Source of the DNA: Scenedesmus sp. PABB004
Taxonomy: Eukaryota
Direction: 5' to 3'
DNA length: 20,000 nucleotides
Assembly (NCBI GenBank): GCA_014905635.1
Contig: JABVCE010000009.1
Location: 1,284,823-1,304,822 of the forward strand
Under the pieces are notes generated by a model. It was not told the DNA's origin and made no database searches. It saw only the letters and a list, made by a program, of their open reading frames with translations. Positions 1-10,100 of this stretch are shown in pieces; within the stretch, counting starts at the first letter, position 1; every line of letters begins with the position of its first letter. A program made the translations under genes and the position numbers.

Positions 1-1125
1 CGAGGTCGAGGCGCGCAGCGCCATGGCCGCCGCCGGGCGGCGCTGCCTCGGCTGGTACCACAGCCACCCCTGCTTCGAGGCCGCGCCCAGCCGCAAGGAC
101 TGCTCCGCGCAGCGCAACTACCAGGCGCTCACACGCGACGACGCGCCGCCCGCGCCCGGCGCCCGCGAAGGCGGCGTGGGCGGCGAGGCGGGGTGTGAGG
201 CAGCGTGGTGTGGCGGCGGTGAGGCGCGTGGTGAGGCGCGTGGTGAGGCGCGTGGTGAGGCGCGTGGTGAGGCGTGTGTGGAGCCGTTTGTCGGATTCAT
301 CCTGGGGCCCTACGACCCAGCGCTGCCGCGACCGCACAGCCGGGTCACCGCCTTTGTCGTGCGCGAGGAGCGGGGCGGCACACTGCAGCCCTACAGCGTG
401 AGGTGCGCCACCCGCGCACCGCCGCCGCGCGCCGCGCGCCGCGGCTGCCCTGCCCCGGCGGCGCCGCCTGCCCCCTGGCGCCGGCGGCGTGCGGGCCGAG
501 CCGCCCGCCCGCCCGGCCGCCCGCGCGGGCGCAGGTACGGCATGGTGGGCGCGACCGCCCTGCCGCCCCGCGAGCAGCTGCGGGCGCTGCTGGCCGCCAC
601 AGCGGACGACGCGGCGCGCACCGACTTCAACGCGCCCTGGCGCTGCTTCACCGCGCGCTCGCCGACAGGCGCGCCGCCGCGGCAGCGCCGGCCGCCGCGC
701 GTGGCGCCCGCGCCGGCGGCGCCCCTGCTCAGGCGCCGCGCCCGCCGCGCAGGCGGCCTGCTGGGCCCGCCGCTGACCAAGCTGGACAAGCTGCTGGCGG
801 CGCTGCGCTGGCAGTGCAGCTGGGCGGACGCCGGCGCGCGGGAGGCGTGGCTGGCGGGCCTCGTGCAGGACATCCAGGCGCGGCCAGGGAGGGGAGAGGG
901 GTCGGAGCAATGTCGCGCGCCGAGCGCGCTCGCACCCGCCGGCGCCGCTGGCCAGCCCCGGCCCGCCGCGACCGCCCTCGCGCGCAGGAGGTCTGGGCAC
1001 TGCCCCTGCGGGCCCTGCAGGAGCGCGCGCCGGCGCAGGCGGGCGCGGATCAGCTGCGGCCAGAGCAGGCGCAGCAGGAGGAGCAGGCGCAGCGGCCGGA
1101 GCAGCCGGAGGTGGGGGCGGCGTGA
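1..1125 (+). CDS. MPN+/JAMM metalloprotease-domain protein (MPND/MYSM1-like deubiquitinase family), 5'-partial. Exons <1-402, 535-668, 753-877, 988-1125
   Basis: Intact JAMM motif H-x-H-x7-S-x2-D in LGWYHSHPCFEAAPSRKD, followed by Q..YQ and PFVGFILGPY as in MPND/MYSM1. The frame is open from the window start. Introns 403-534 (GT-AG), 669-752 and 878-987 (GC-AG) give phase-consistent joins to TGA at 1123-1125. Confidence 0.8.
218..277 (+). repeat. 12-bp coding minisatellite (GGTGAGGCGCGT) x5 encoding GEAR repeats
   Basis: Four perfect units plus one variant, in frame within the MPN exon. Confidence 0.9.
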
Positions 1126-1536
1126 CGCGCGCTGTGCGCGCTCGTTGCGCCGCGGTCGCGCGCCGTTAACGGCGCGCGGCAACGTGGCCGCCGCCAGCCT
1201 GAGCTTGAATGCGCTCGCCGGTAACCGGCTCCACGGCGGCGGGGGGCGCCTTGTTGGCCTGGCGCCCCGCGTGCGCCGCGGGTCGCTCGTGCGCTTGCGC
1301 CGCCAGCAACAACCGCCGCAAAGCCGTGGCAGCAGCAGGCGGCGGTCTGCGCGCGGAACGGAACTCCGTACGACCTCCTGCGGGGTGAGCAAGCGGACTC
1401 GCTCAGCAGGCCGCGAGCCGCAACCGTGCGGGCGTGGACCGCGTTCGCGCGCGCGCCCTTCTCGCTCTGCAGCCCCCTCGAGCGCGCGCCCGAGCCGTCT
1501 GGGCGCTGAGGTACCGTCGGCAGCTCGCGTCTGAAG

Positions 1537-2780
1537 ATGGGCGACGCCGGCGAGGGCGAGGACGCCGGGGCGGGCGCCGCCGCTGCTCCTGGCCCGCTGG
1601 CGGTGGCGCCGCTGCCCGTGGACTGCGGCACGCCCGCCAGCCTGCAGCTCAAGTCCACGGTGCACCTGGCGGCGGCGCAGCTGCGCTCCATCCTGCAGGA
1701 CGACCACGCGCGCGCGCACGCGGCGGCGCTGGCGCAGTCGCCGGCGCTCGCGGAACTGGTCGCCGCCGTCGGTGACGGGCCGGACCGGCCCGCCGCGGGC
1801 GACGCGCTGGGCGCGCTGGCGCTGCTGGCACAGACGCCACGGGGCCGCGCCGCGGCGAGGGCGGCCGGCGTGGTGCCGCCCGTGGTCAGGCAAGCGGCGC
1901 GCGGGCGCACGGCGCCCGCTCACGCGTGTGCGGCGGTGATCGCGTCCTCACGCGCGCGCCCTGCTGCTGCCGCTGCCGCCGCAGGTTCCTCGCGCTCAGC
2001 AGCCAGCACGCGCCGCTGAGTGCCAACGTGGGGCCCGCGGCGCAGCTGCTGCAAAACCTGAGCTGCGACAGGCGCTGCCGGGCCGAGATGGTCAGAGCTG
2101 GCGCGGCGCCCGCGCTGATCGAGCTGCTGCGCGCGCACGCGGCCGCGCTGTGCCGGCAGCCGCCGCTGGGCGCGGCGGTCACGGGCGCGCTGGCCAATTG
2201 GCAACCTGGTCGTCGCCGACCTCGACGAGCCGAGCGGGGGCGGCGGTGGCAGCGGTGCGAGGCGCGCGTTTGTTCGGGCCGGGGGCGTCGAGGCGGCGTG
2301 CGAGGTGGGGCGCACAGGGGCGCTGCAAGCGAGGCTGGGCTGGACAGGCAGGAGCGCGCGGGCGCGCACAGCACCCAGCACGCCAACCAGTAAACCGCCC
2401 TGCGCAGGCGCTGTCATGCTGGGGCGCGGCGACCAGCTTCCCGGCGTCACTGCGGCTGCGGCTGCTGCTCGGTGAGCTCGCGGCGGCGCCGCAGTTTGCC
2501 AGCATCGTGCAAAAGGCTGCCTCGGCGGTGCACGTGCCTCACGCCCCCCTGCAGGCTGGCGGCGGCCTGTCGGCGCGCGGGGTGCCGCAGCACGGCAGCG
2601 CGCGGGAGGGGGGCGGCGCGCGGCGACAAGGCCCCGCCGCCGGGCAGCGAGTGTGTGCAGCGCACTGTGCTGGGCACGCCGCGCATGCCGGCGAGCGAGC
2701 GGCTGGCGGCCGAGGTGCTCGCGCACGGCAAAGACAATGGCGACGCGGAGCCAGACGGCGACCCGGCGACCGGGAGCTAG
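1537..2780 (+). CDS. Armadillo-repeat-like protein, possibly frameshifted or pseudogenised. Exon 1 1537-1889, exon 2 from 1985, 3' structure uncertain
   Basis: ARM-like helices AGVVPPVVRFL, AAQLLQNLS, AGAAPALIELL, VTGALAN. The GC-AG intron 1890-1984 (AG|GCAAG) joins in phase. Coding-like codon usage switches frame near 2200 and near the G-run at ~2608-2613. Candidate stop TAG at 2778-2780. Confidence 0.5.
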
Positions 2781-2829
2781 CCTCCCTGCTGCAGCTGCGG
2801 CCGCGGCGCGAGGAGACGTCGGTCCAGTG

Positions 2830-2834
2830 TTACA
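2830..2834 (-). promoter_or_regulatory. TGTAA polyadenylation signal of the ADCS gene
   Basis: TTACA on + (TGTAA on -) about 200 nt downstream of the ADCS stop. TGTAA is the established chlorophyte near-upstream poly(A) element. Confidence 0.6.
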
Positions 2835-3040
2835 GAGCAGGGTTTAGGGTGATGTACACGATGCAGGGGGAAGCTGTGTGACAAGCCCGCGATCCCGAGG
2901 GAAGGGTGAAGGAGCGGTGAAGGAAGCGCGCGCCAGCCGGGCACAGTGCATCCTGTGCAGGTATCCCAGTCATCCCGCCAAAGGCCCGTGATCATGCACG
3001 CTCGATCAGCTGCTCTCTGCCCTGCGCGCTCACACCCTGC

Positions 3041-6000
3041 TCACACCCTGCACGCCTGCGCGCGCGACGCGCGCTGCCCCGGCGGCGCCGGGAACTGCGT
3101 CTCAGCAGCGCCCGCAGCGAGCGCCGCGGCGGCGAGCAGGGCCGCGCCCTTGAGCTCCATCTCCTCGTACTCCGCCCCGGGGTCGCTCTGCACCGTCACC
3201 GCGCCGCCCGCGCCGACGGTCATGCGCGCCGCGGCGCCGTCGGGGGCGTCGCTGTCAGTGAAGACGGCGGTGCGGATGACGATGTTCATGTCAAACGTGT
3301 CGTTCAGGCCGAGCCAGCCGAGCGCGCCCGAGTACACGCCGCGCGGGCCGCCCTCGAGGTCGTCCAGCAGCGCCAGGCTGCGCACCTTGGGCGCGCCCGT
3401 CATGCTGCCGCCAGGGAAGGCGGCGCGCAGCGCGGCGACGGGGCTCGTGTCGCCGCGGCGCAGCCCGCGCACGGTGGAGACGAGCTGGTGCACCGTGGCG
3501 TAGCTCTCCAGCTGGATGAGCCCGGGCACGTGCACGCTGCCGGGCTCGCACACGCGCCCCAGGTCATTGCGCAGGAGGTCCACGATCATCAGGTTCTCAG
3601 CCGCCTCCTTGGCGCTACCCAGCAGCGCGGCCGCCGCCGCCGCGTCGGCGGCGGGGTCGCCCGGGTGCCGGCGCGCGGTGCCCTTGATGGGCTTGGCCTC
3701 CAGCACGCCGCCGCGGCCGCAGCTCAGGAAGCGCTCCGGCGAGGAGCACGCGACCGTCACGCCGGGCAGCGCGCCGCCGGCGCCGGCGCCGCTGCCGGGC
3801 GCGATGCGCAGCCACGCGGCGTAGGGCGCGGGGTTGACGGAGCGCAGCGTGGAGTAAAAGTCCCACGCCGGCGGCGCGTCGTCGACGGCAAACTGAGTGG
3901 TGAGGCAGAGCTCGTAGCTCTCGCCCGCCGTCAGCGCCTCCTGGCAGGACCGCACGTTGGCCTCGTACGCGGCACGGTCGTGCCGCAGCACCGCACGGCC
4001 CCTGCCCAGCGAGCGCTGCTGCTGGAGCTGCTGCTGGTGCTGCTCCTTGAGCTGCTGCTGCTGCTGGACCTGCTGCTCCTGCAGCTGCTGCTGCAGCCGC
4101 GCGAGCACCTGCTGCTGCTGCGGCGGCGCGCGCGCGTGGCCGCCGCCGGCCGCCGCCGCCGCCGCCGTCGCCAGCGTCGCGTCAGCCGCGGCGACCGCGG
4201 CCGCGGCCGCGGGGCTACCGCCCGGCTGCGCGGGCGCCGGCAGGCCGCCCGCGAGCGCCGCGACGTCGGCCGTGGCGCGCGCCAGCCAGGCCTGCGCGGC
4301 GCGCGCGGCGTCGTCGCCCGGCGCGTGCGTGGCGAGGGCGTAGACGTCCCCCGCGGCGTGGTCGACCGCGACCAGGCGGTCCGCAAAGAGCCAGGCCGCG
4401 TCGGGCGTGTCCGCGTCGTGCCGGGGCGCGCCGCCCGTCTCGGCCTTGAGCTCGTACCCCAGGTAGCCAACGAAGCCGCCCCAAAAGTCAAACGGCAGCG
4501 CCGCTGCCGCCTCGGCGGCGGCGCCGGGCGCGAGCGCGAGCGCGGCGAGCTGCTGCTCCAGGTAGGGCCACACCGACAGCGCCGCGCTGCTGCTGCTCGG
4601 CGCCGCGCCGCCGCCCGGCGCGAGGCGCGCGACGGTGAGCTGCCCCGGCGGCGGCGCGCCGCCGGGCGCGGCCGGCTGCTGCGCGGCCGGCGGCAGCTTG
4701 TACGTCACGCGCGCGCCGAGCGGGCCGGCCAGCGGCGCGCCGCCCATGTAGGAGAAGGTGCAGCGCTCGGGCGCGCACGCGCTGTCCAGCCAGAAGCTGT
4801 CCGGCCCGGGGCCAACGAGCGCGGAGAAGAGCGCCGCGCTGCCGCCCGTGGCCGCCAGCGCGCCGGGCAGCTTCACCCAGGCGAGCTGCAGCTGCCCGGC
4901 CTCACCGCCGTCAGCCGACAGCCAGCCGCTGGGGCCCAGCGGCACGGCATGCTCCTGCGGGGGAGCGCCGCCAGCCGGCGCCGCCCCCGCGCCGGCGGCG
5001 CTGGCCGCCCACGCGTGCGGGGCAGGCCAGGGCCGCGGCGGCAGCTCGCGCCCAGGCGGGCCCACGCCCGGCACGCTGATCGCGGGCGGGGTCGCGCCGC
5101 TGTGTGCGTGGGCGAGGTCCCTGAAGTTGAGCAGCAGCTGCTGCCCGTAGCGCGTCGCGATGCTCTCGGGGTGGAACTGCACGCCCCAGTGCGGCCGCCC
5201 CCGGTGGCGCAGCGCCATCAGCAGCGACTCGCCGCCGTCGTCGTCCGCCGCCTGCGCGCGCCGCGGCCGCGCCGTGCCCGTGGGCACAGCGTGCGTGGCA
5301 CCGCAGGTCCACGCCAGCGGCTCCAGCTCCGGCGGCAGGCTGGCGGGGTCGACCACCAGCGAATGGTACCTGCGCGGGGCGCGCAGCGGCGCGCGGGTGA
5401 GGGGCAGGCGCAAGGGGGGGGGGGGGTGGCTGCGGCCGTGGCCGCGAGGGGCGCTCACCTGACGACGTCAAAGCCGCGCCCCGGCCCAGAGGGGACGGCC
5501 TTGAACAGGGCGTCCCCGTTGTGCCGCAGGCCGCTCAGGCGGCCGTGCACGGGCTCCGGCGCGCGCACCACGCGCGCGCCCGCCGCCGCCGCCAGCGCCT
5601 GGTGCCCCAGGCACACGCCGAGCACGGGCGTGGTGGTGCAGTGGCGCAGCACGTCCATGCACACGCCTGGGTCGCGGGGCGGGCGGGGCGGGCTGCCGTC
5701 GGCGGCGCGCGGCGCGGCGCGGCGGCACAGCCGAGCCGGCGCGGAGGGGGGGGGGGGGGGCTGCTGGCGCCGCCGCAGCGCTTGCCGAGCGCCACGCAGG
5801 CACGCACCGATGTCGGCGGGCGTGTGCGGCGAGCCCGGGCCGGGCGAGAGCACGATGTGGTGCACCGCGCCGTCCGCGAGCAGCTGCTGGATGTCACGCA
5901 GCTCCACGGCGTCGTTGAACAGCACCATGGGCTCCACTGCGGCGGCAGCGGCGGCGGCGGCAGGGCGCGGGGCTGAGCGCAGCGCTCGCGCAGGCGCGGC

Positions 6001-6308
6001 CACAGCTTGCGGCGGCTGCGGCTGCCCCCGCGCCGCGCACCTCCGTAGACCTCTGCGATGATCTGGTAGAGGTTGTAGGTGTAGCTGTCATAGTTGTCGA
6101 TCAGCAGCGGCCGCAGCTGCGCCTGGGGCGCCGGCGCCAGGCGCCGGGCGGCGCCACACGTCTGCTGCTGCTGCTGCTGCTGCTGCTGCCCCCACGCCGC
6201 GCGCACGGAGCGCCGGCGCAGCGACGGCACGCACGCGGAGACGCTACAGCGCGGGGCGCCCAGCGCGCCCCGTGCGGGCGGCGCCGCGGCGCGCACGGGC
6301 CGGGCCAT
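3041..6308 (-). CDS. ADCS: Aminodeoxychorismate synthase (fused PabA glutamine amidotransferase + PabB) with N-terminal transit-peptide-like extension. Exons 6308-6041, 5936-5808, 5666-5459, 5369-3041
   Basis: GATase motifs LIDNYDSYTYNLYQ, LSPGPGSP, LGVCLGHQ (Cys), RYHSL, GVQFHPES (His/Glu). PabB motifs GESYELCLT, SSPERFL, KPIKGT (PabB-specific Lys), ENLMIVDLLRNDL, FPGGSMTGAPK, IVIRT. Three phase-consistent GT-AG introns. The N-terminus is rich in Ala/Arg/Ser. Confidence 0.95.
6162..6188. repeat. (CTG)9 microsatellite encoding polyQ in the ADCS N-terminal extension
   Basis: Nine perfect CTG units, giving Q9 on the minus strand. A second Q-rich insert lies at ~4016-4120 in the PabB part. Confidence 0.9.
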
Positions 6309-6336
6309 GGCTCTAGAGCCGTCGTCAGGGCTGCTG

Positions 6337-7350
6337 CGGGCGCGGTTGGCGGCGTTGCTGGGCGTCGCGGTGGGGGGTGGGTCGGCGAGTTCCTGTGGCG
6401 TGGCGGGCGTCCGCGCGAGACTTTGACCGCGCGCGTTTGGTCCGGGTCACTCTCACACACATAATGGACGCGCCATCACGCGCGCGCCTGCGTGCCGCCC
6501 CGTGGCATGGCCGGGTGCGTCCCCCGAACGCGGATCGTGGGCGGCGCGCCGAGTGCACCGCGCCCTGCAACTGCGGCGGCGGAGCGAGCGCTGCAAGCGC
6601 CCTGCAAGAGCGCCCTGCAAGAGCGCCCTGCAAGAGCGGCGCGCATGCCGCCGCCCCGCCTCGCCGGGGCGGCGTGGGTGCTCACGCGCCGCAGCGGGGG
6701 TCAGGGGGTCGCCGCCGCCGGCGTCACCGCGCGGCGCGCGCGCTGCTCACGCAGCGCGCGCCCGGCTTGCGGGCGCAGCGACGTGGCGCGCCCGGCTGCG
6801 GCCGTGTGGGCGTGGCGTGGGCACATTGCGCCGGCGGCGTGCGGGCGGCGGGCCGGCAATCGGGTGCGGGCCAATGTGACAGGCAGAGGCATACGACCGT
6901 GGCCACCGCCTCGCTGCGCGCGTTTTGCGCGGAGCGCGCGTGCTCCGCCGTCGCCCCGCCTCCCATAGAGCCTCGTTCACTGCCCCCCGCGCCGAGCCCG
7001 CAGAGGACCAACGCGCTTGGCCGCTATAAACGGGCGTTTATAGCGCCACGCCCCTGCGCTGCGCGGCACGCCCCATGCGCGCCGCTGGGCACCGTCCGAG
7101 CTCCGCCATGCCGGGCGCGATGCATCCGTGCGGCCAGCCGGGCCAGCGCGGCGCCCAGGGCGCCGTGCCGACGCACTGCGCGGGCGCGCAGCTCGCCCCG
7201 GGCAAGCGCGCGGGCTCCACGGACGAGGAGTCGCCGCTCTACGCGACCGACGAGTTCCGCATGTGCGTGCCGCGATGCGCCGCGCCGTGTCGGCGCGAAG
7301 AGGGCGCCGATGAAGGCGCATCGCGATGCGGCGACCAGCAGCGCTCCTCC
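6337..7350 (+). repeat. Copy A of a ~1 kb direct segmental duplication (ADCS/TZF intergenic region, TZF exon 1, part of intron 1)
   Basis: Aligns to 17211-18212 with about 4 substitutions (6534, 6552, 6797, 6953) and one block replacement (6583-6634 vs 17457-17496). Confidence 0.97.
7022..7045. promoter_or_regulatory. Palindromic double TATA element CGCTATAAACG-GG-CGTTTATAGCG
   Basis: Perfect 11-bp inverted repeat with TATAAA on + (7025-7030) and on - (7042-7037), about 80 nt upstream of the TZF ATG. A CCAAT lies at 6871-6875. Confidence 0.6.
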
Positions 7351-8606
7351 GAGGGGCCCCTTCTCACCGACCCGCCCCCGCCACGGTCCACGCCCGCAGG
7401 TACTGCTTCAAGATTCTGCCCTGCTCCAAGGTGGGAGGCCTCGGCGGCTGACGGCACCCGCGCCGGGCGGTGACCGCCACTGCTGCACTGCCCGCAGCTG
7501 CCGCGGGCGCGGCCGCCGGCCGCCGCCGCGCCGTCCAACCGTCCCGCCGCCGCCGCCGCCGCCGCCGCCTTGCCTGACCGCGCAGAGGTTTTCGCACGAC
7601 TGGGTCACGTGCCCGTTTGCTCACCCGGGCGAGAAGGCGCGCCGGCGCTGCGTGCGCGCGCACAGCTACAGCGCGGTCATGTGCCCCGACAAGCAGAAGT
7701 CGGGCGACTGCCAGCGCGGCGAGGCCTGCGCCATGGCCCACTCGGTGCGCGCAGCGCTGCTGCGGCGCGCGCCATGGCCTTGCGGGTGCACGCCCGCCCA
7801 CGCCGCGCCGCGCCGCGCAGGTGTTCGAGGTCTGGCTGCACCCCGAGCGCTTCCGCACGCAGCTGTGCAACGACGGCGACAACTGCCAGCGCAAGATCTG
7901 CTTCTTCGCCCACTCGCTGGACGAGCTCCGCGTGCCGAGCATGATGCCCGCGATCGGCGCCCCGCCGGCGCCGCTGCAGCTGGCCCCCGCCAGCGGGGGG
8001 CTCGGCCTGGCGCGCGCCGGCGCCCCCGCGGGCGTGCTGGCGCGCGGCGGCAGCCTTGCCTCCTCCCTGTCGGCGTCGTCGAGCGCAAGCGAGCTCTGCG
8101 GCAGCAGCCCCGTGGGCAGCAGGGACGCGCTGCTGCTGCCGGCGGGCTCGCCGATTTCGCCTACCGGCAGCGACAGCGCGGCCGGCCTCGACCTGCTCGC
8201 GCAGCTCGCCCGGCTGCAGGGCGGCGAGGGCGGGCCTGCGCTGGCCGAGCTGCTGGCGGGCCTGGTCGCGGAGGCGCGCGCCAACCGGGCCAGCGCGGCC
8301 ATTGCACAAGCGCAGGCGGCGGCCGCCAGCAGCACGCTGCAGGCGGCCCTCGCTGGCCTGGGCGCCGGGACGGTCGGCGGCGCCGGCACGGCCAGTTGCC
8401 TGGGCGGGCCGGCCGTGCCGGGCGCCGCCCACCTGGCCGCGCCCCTCGCGCACCTGCACCCGCTGGCGGTGATGCAGTGGCAGGGCGGCCCGCCGCTGGC
8501 GCTGGCTGGCGCCGGCGGTAGCCTCGGGGCGGGGCTGCTCGCGCCCGGCGCGCTGCCGCTGCCGTGCTATCAGGGCGGCGATGCAGCTTGGAGTGTGTGG
8601 ATGTGA
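7108..8606 (+). CDS. Arginine-rich tandem CCCH zinc-finger protein (plant RR-TZF family). Exons 7108-7262, 7400-7430, 7586-7744, 7821-8606
   Basis: The spliced product reads [36 protein letters not shown]...[52 protein letters not shown], the RR-TZF signature. Start context is ccgccATG and the three GT-AG introns are in phase. Confidence 0.92.
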
Positions 8607-10100
8607 ACTGCAGTCTGCGTCTGCTTTGCAACGTGATCTGGTTGGCCAGCGGCGGTGCGCCGCCGCGCGTCTGGGGCGTGCGACAGCGTCCCCCCTGTTT
8701 GAGGCGTCATGTGTGTCCCTTGGCCAGCAGCACTTGCTTGAGTCCCAACTCAACACCCCAACGCGCCGGCGTCGTAGCGCTGGGCGCTCCGGCTGCCGGC
8801 AGCTCGAGGCACTGAACATGATCTCTGAGCAAGCGCGCCTGAGAGCTTTGCGCCTGGCTCCACGCACACCAGCGCCGACGAGCGCACCGGCGGGGCCCAC
8901 TTAGCTGCCAGCCCAGCCTCATCGTGCCGCGCGGCGGCGCCAATCTTCCGCACATTCCCTCCGCACCTTGAGGCTGGTCGCTCGCTGAATGGACAGCGGG
9001 CTGGTCGTTCGCTGAAGCAGCAGCAGCAATGCCAAGACATACACACCTGGAGGCGGCCCCACCAAGCGCACCTCAAAACTGCGCGATGGGGCCCCGCACT
9101 GCCATGTGTTGTGCTGGGTTTCTTTCCCCACAAGGCTGGCGGAGTAGAGTCGCAAGGCACTGCCTTGGTTCGCCGCTGCCGCGTCACGCGCGGCGGCGCC
9201 GCTGACACTGCCGCTCCCATGCTGCAGGCGCCTGGTGCCTCCGCGCACCGGGGCGCCGGCGGCGCAACACACGACCGCGCGCCCCAAAGCCCCAACGACT
9301 GCGAACTACGGCGGGGCGCAACGAACCGCGTGCGGGCGTTTGAATAAGGGCGGTGCACCGCGCCGCAGCCACGCACGCACCAATTGTGGGCATTCGCTGG
9401 CGCGCGAACTTTGCTGCTCCGCGGGACGGGAGGCGCGTACGATACTGGGCTGATTGAACGGAGGCGCAGCGGGCTGGCTGGTGGGGCCCGCGCGGCGCGC
9501 AGCGCGCGGCGCTGACACCGCGCGCGCGCGCAGTGTCTAATAATGCCTCCCTTTAGGCTTCTTCTTCACCAGGTTATTACCCAGCACCTCCCCTTGCAGT
9601 AACCATCCCCGCACGGCGGCGGCCGTGCGCACCCGCGGCGCGGGCGGCCGCGCAGGCCCTGCGTCCGGCGGCGGTTCTGTGCCGCAACCGCCGGCCCAGG
9701 CCCACGGAGACAGCGCACACGACTCAGCTGTCTGCGGCACTGCCACGCCGCCCGACTGCTCGCCGCCAGCGCCGCGAGCGAGCGGCGAGCAGCGGCGGGC
9801 GACGCTGCCCGCCGGCGCCGCGCTGCCTTGCCGTCGCTGCCTCCCAGGCCGCTCGCGACCCGCCAAAGCCTCATCGCACCTCCGCGAAGCCGCGGCGGGC
9901 GCTGGGAGCACGCTCGCGTTCAAGCGGCGGCAGCGCGCCGCTGCTGATGGGCGCCCCGGCTGCGAGAGGGCGACGCCCATGTGCGAGGCGGCTGGGCTGG
10001 GGCGGCTGGGTGGCGCCATACCATCACCAGCAGGCCGTGCAGCGCTCACGCGCTGCCGCCGCCGCCGCTGCGACCCGCGCAGAGCGCGGCGGCGCCCGCG

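Noticed and set aside
3488..6061. 857-aa plus-strand ORF and many other long overlapping ORFs in the track
   Set aside because: Antisense or alternative-frame shadows of real genes. Stops are rare at this GC content, and the products are low-complexity Arg/Ala/Gly/Pro.
3041..6308. PabA-PabB fusion as a novelty or bacterial HGT, or as anthranilate synthase
   Set aside because: Fused ADCS is the normal plant, algal and fungal form. It has spliceosomal introns, and the PIKGT motif indicates PabB rather than TrpE.
6377..8521. 714-aa ORF spanning promoter and TZF gene
   Set aside because: Only the exon 3 part (7586-7744) is in the true frame. The rest reads through promoter and introns.
8607..10100. 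Separate gene or ncRNA between TZF and the helicase gene (including an 18-bp imperfect direct repeat at 8972/8999 and an AT-richer patch at 9537-9605)
   Set aside because: No recognisable domain, coherent exon chain or RNA-gene motif. It is probably UTR and promoter, possibly with an unmodelled first exon of the helicase gene.
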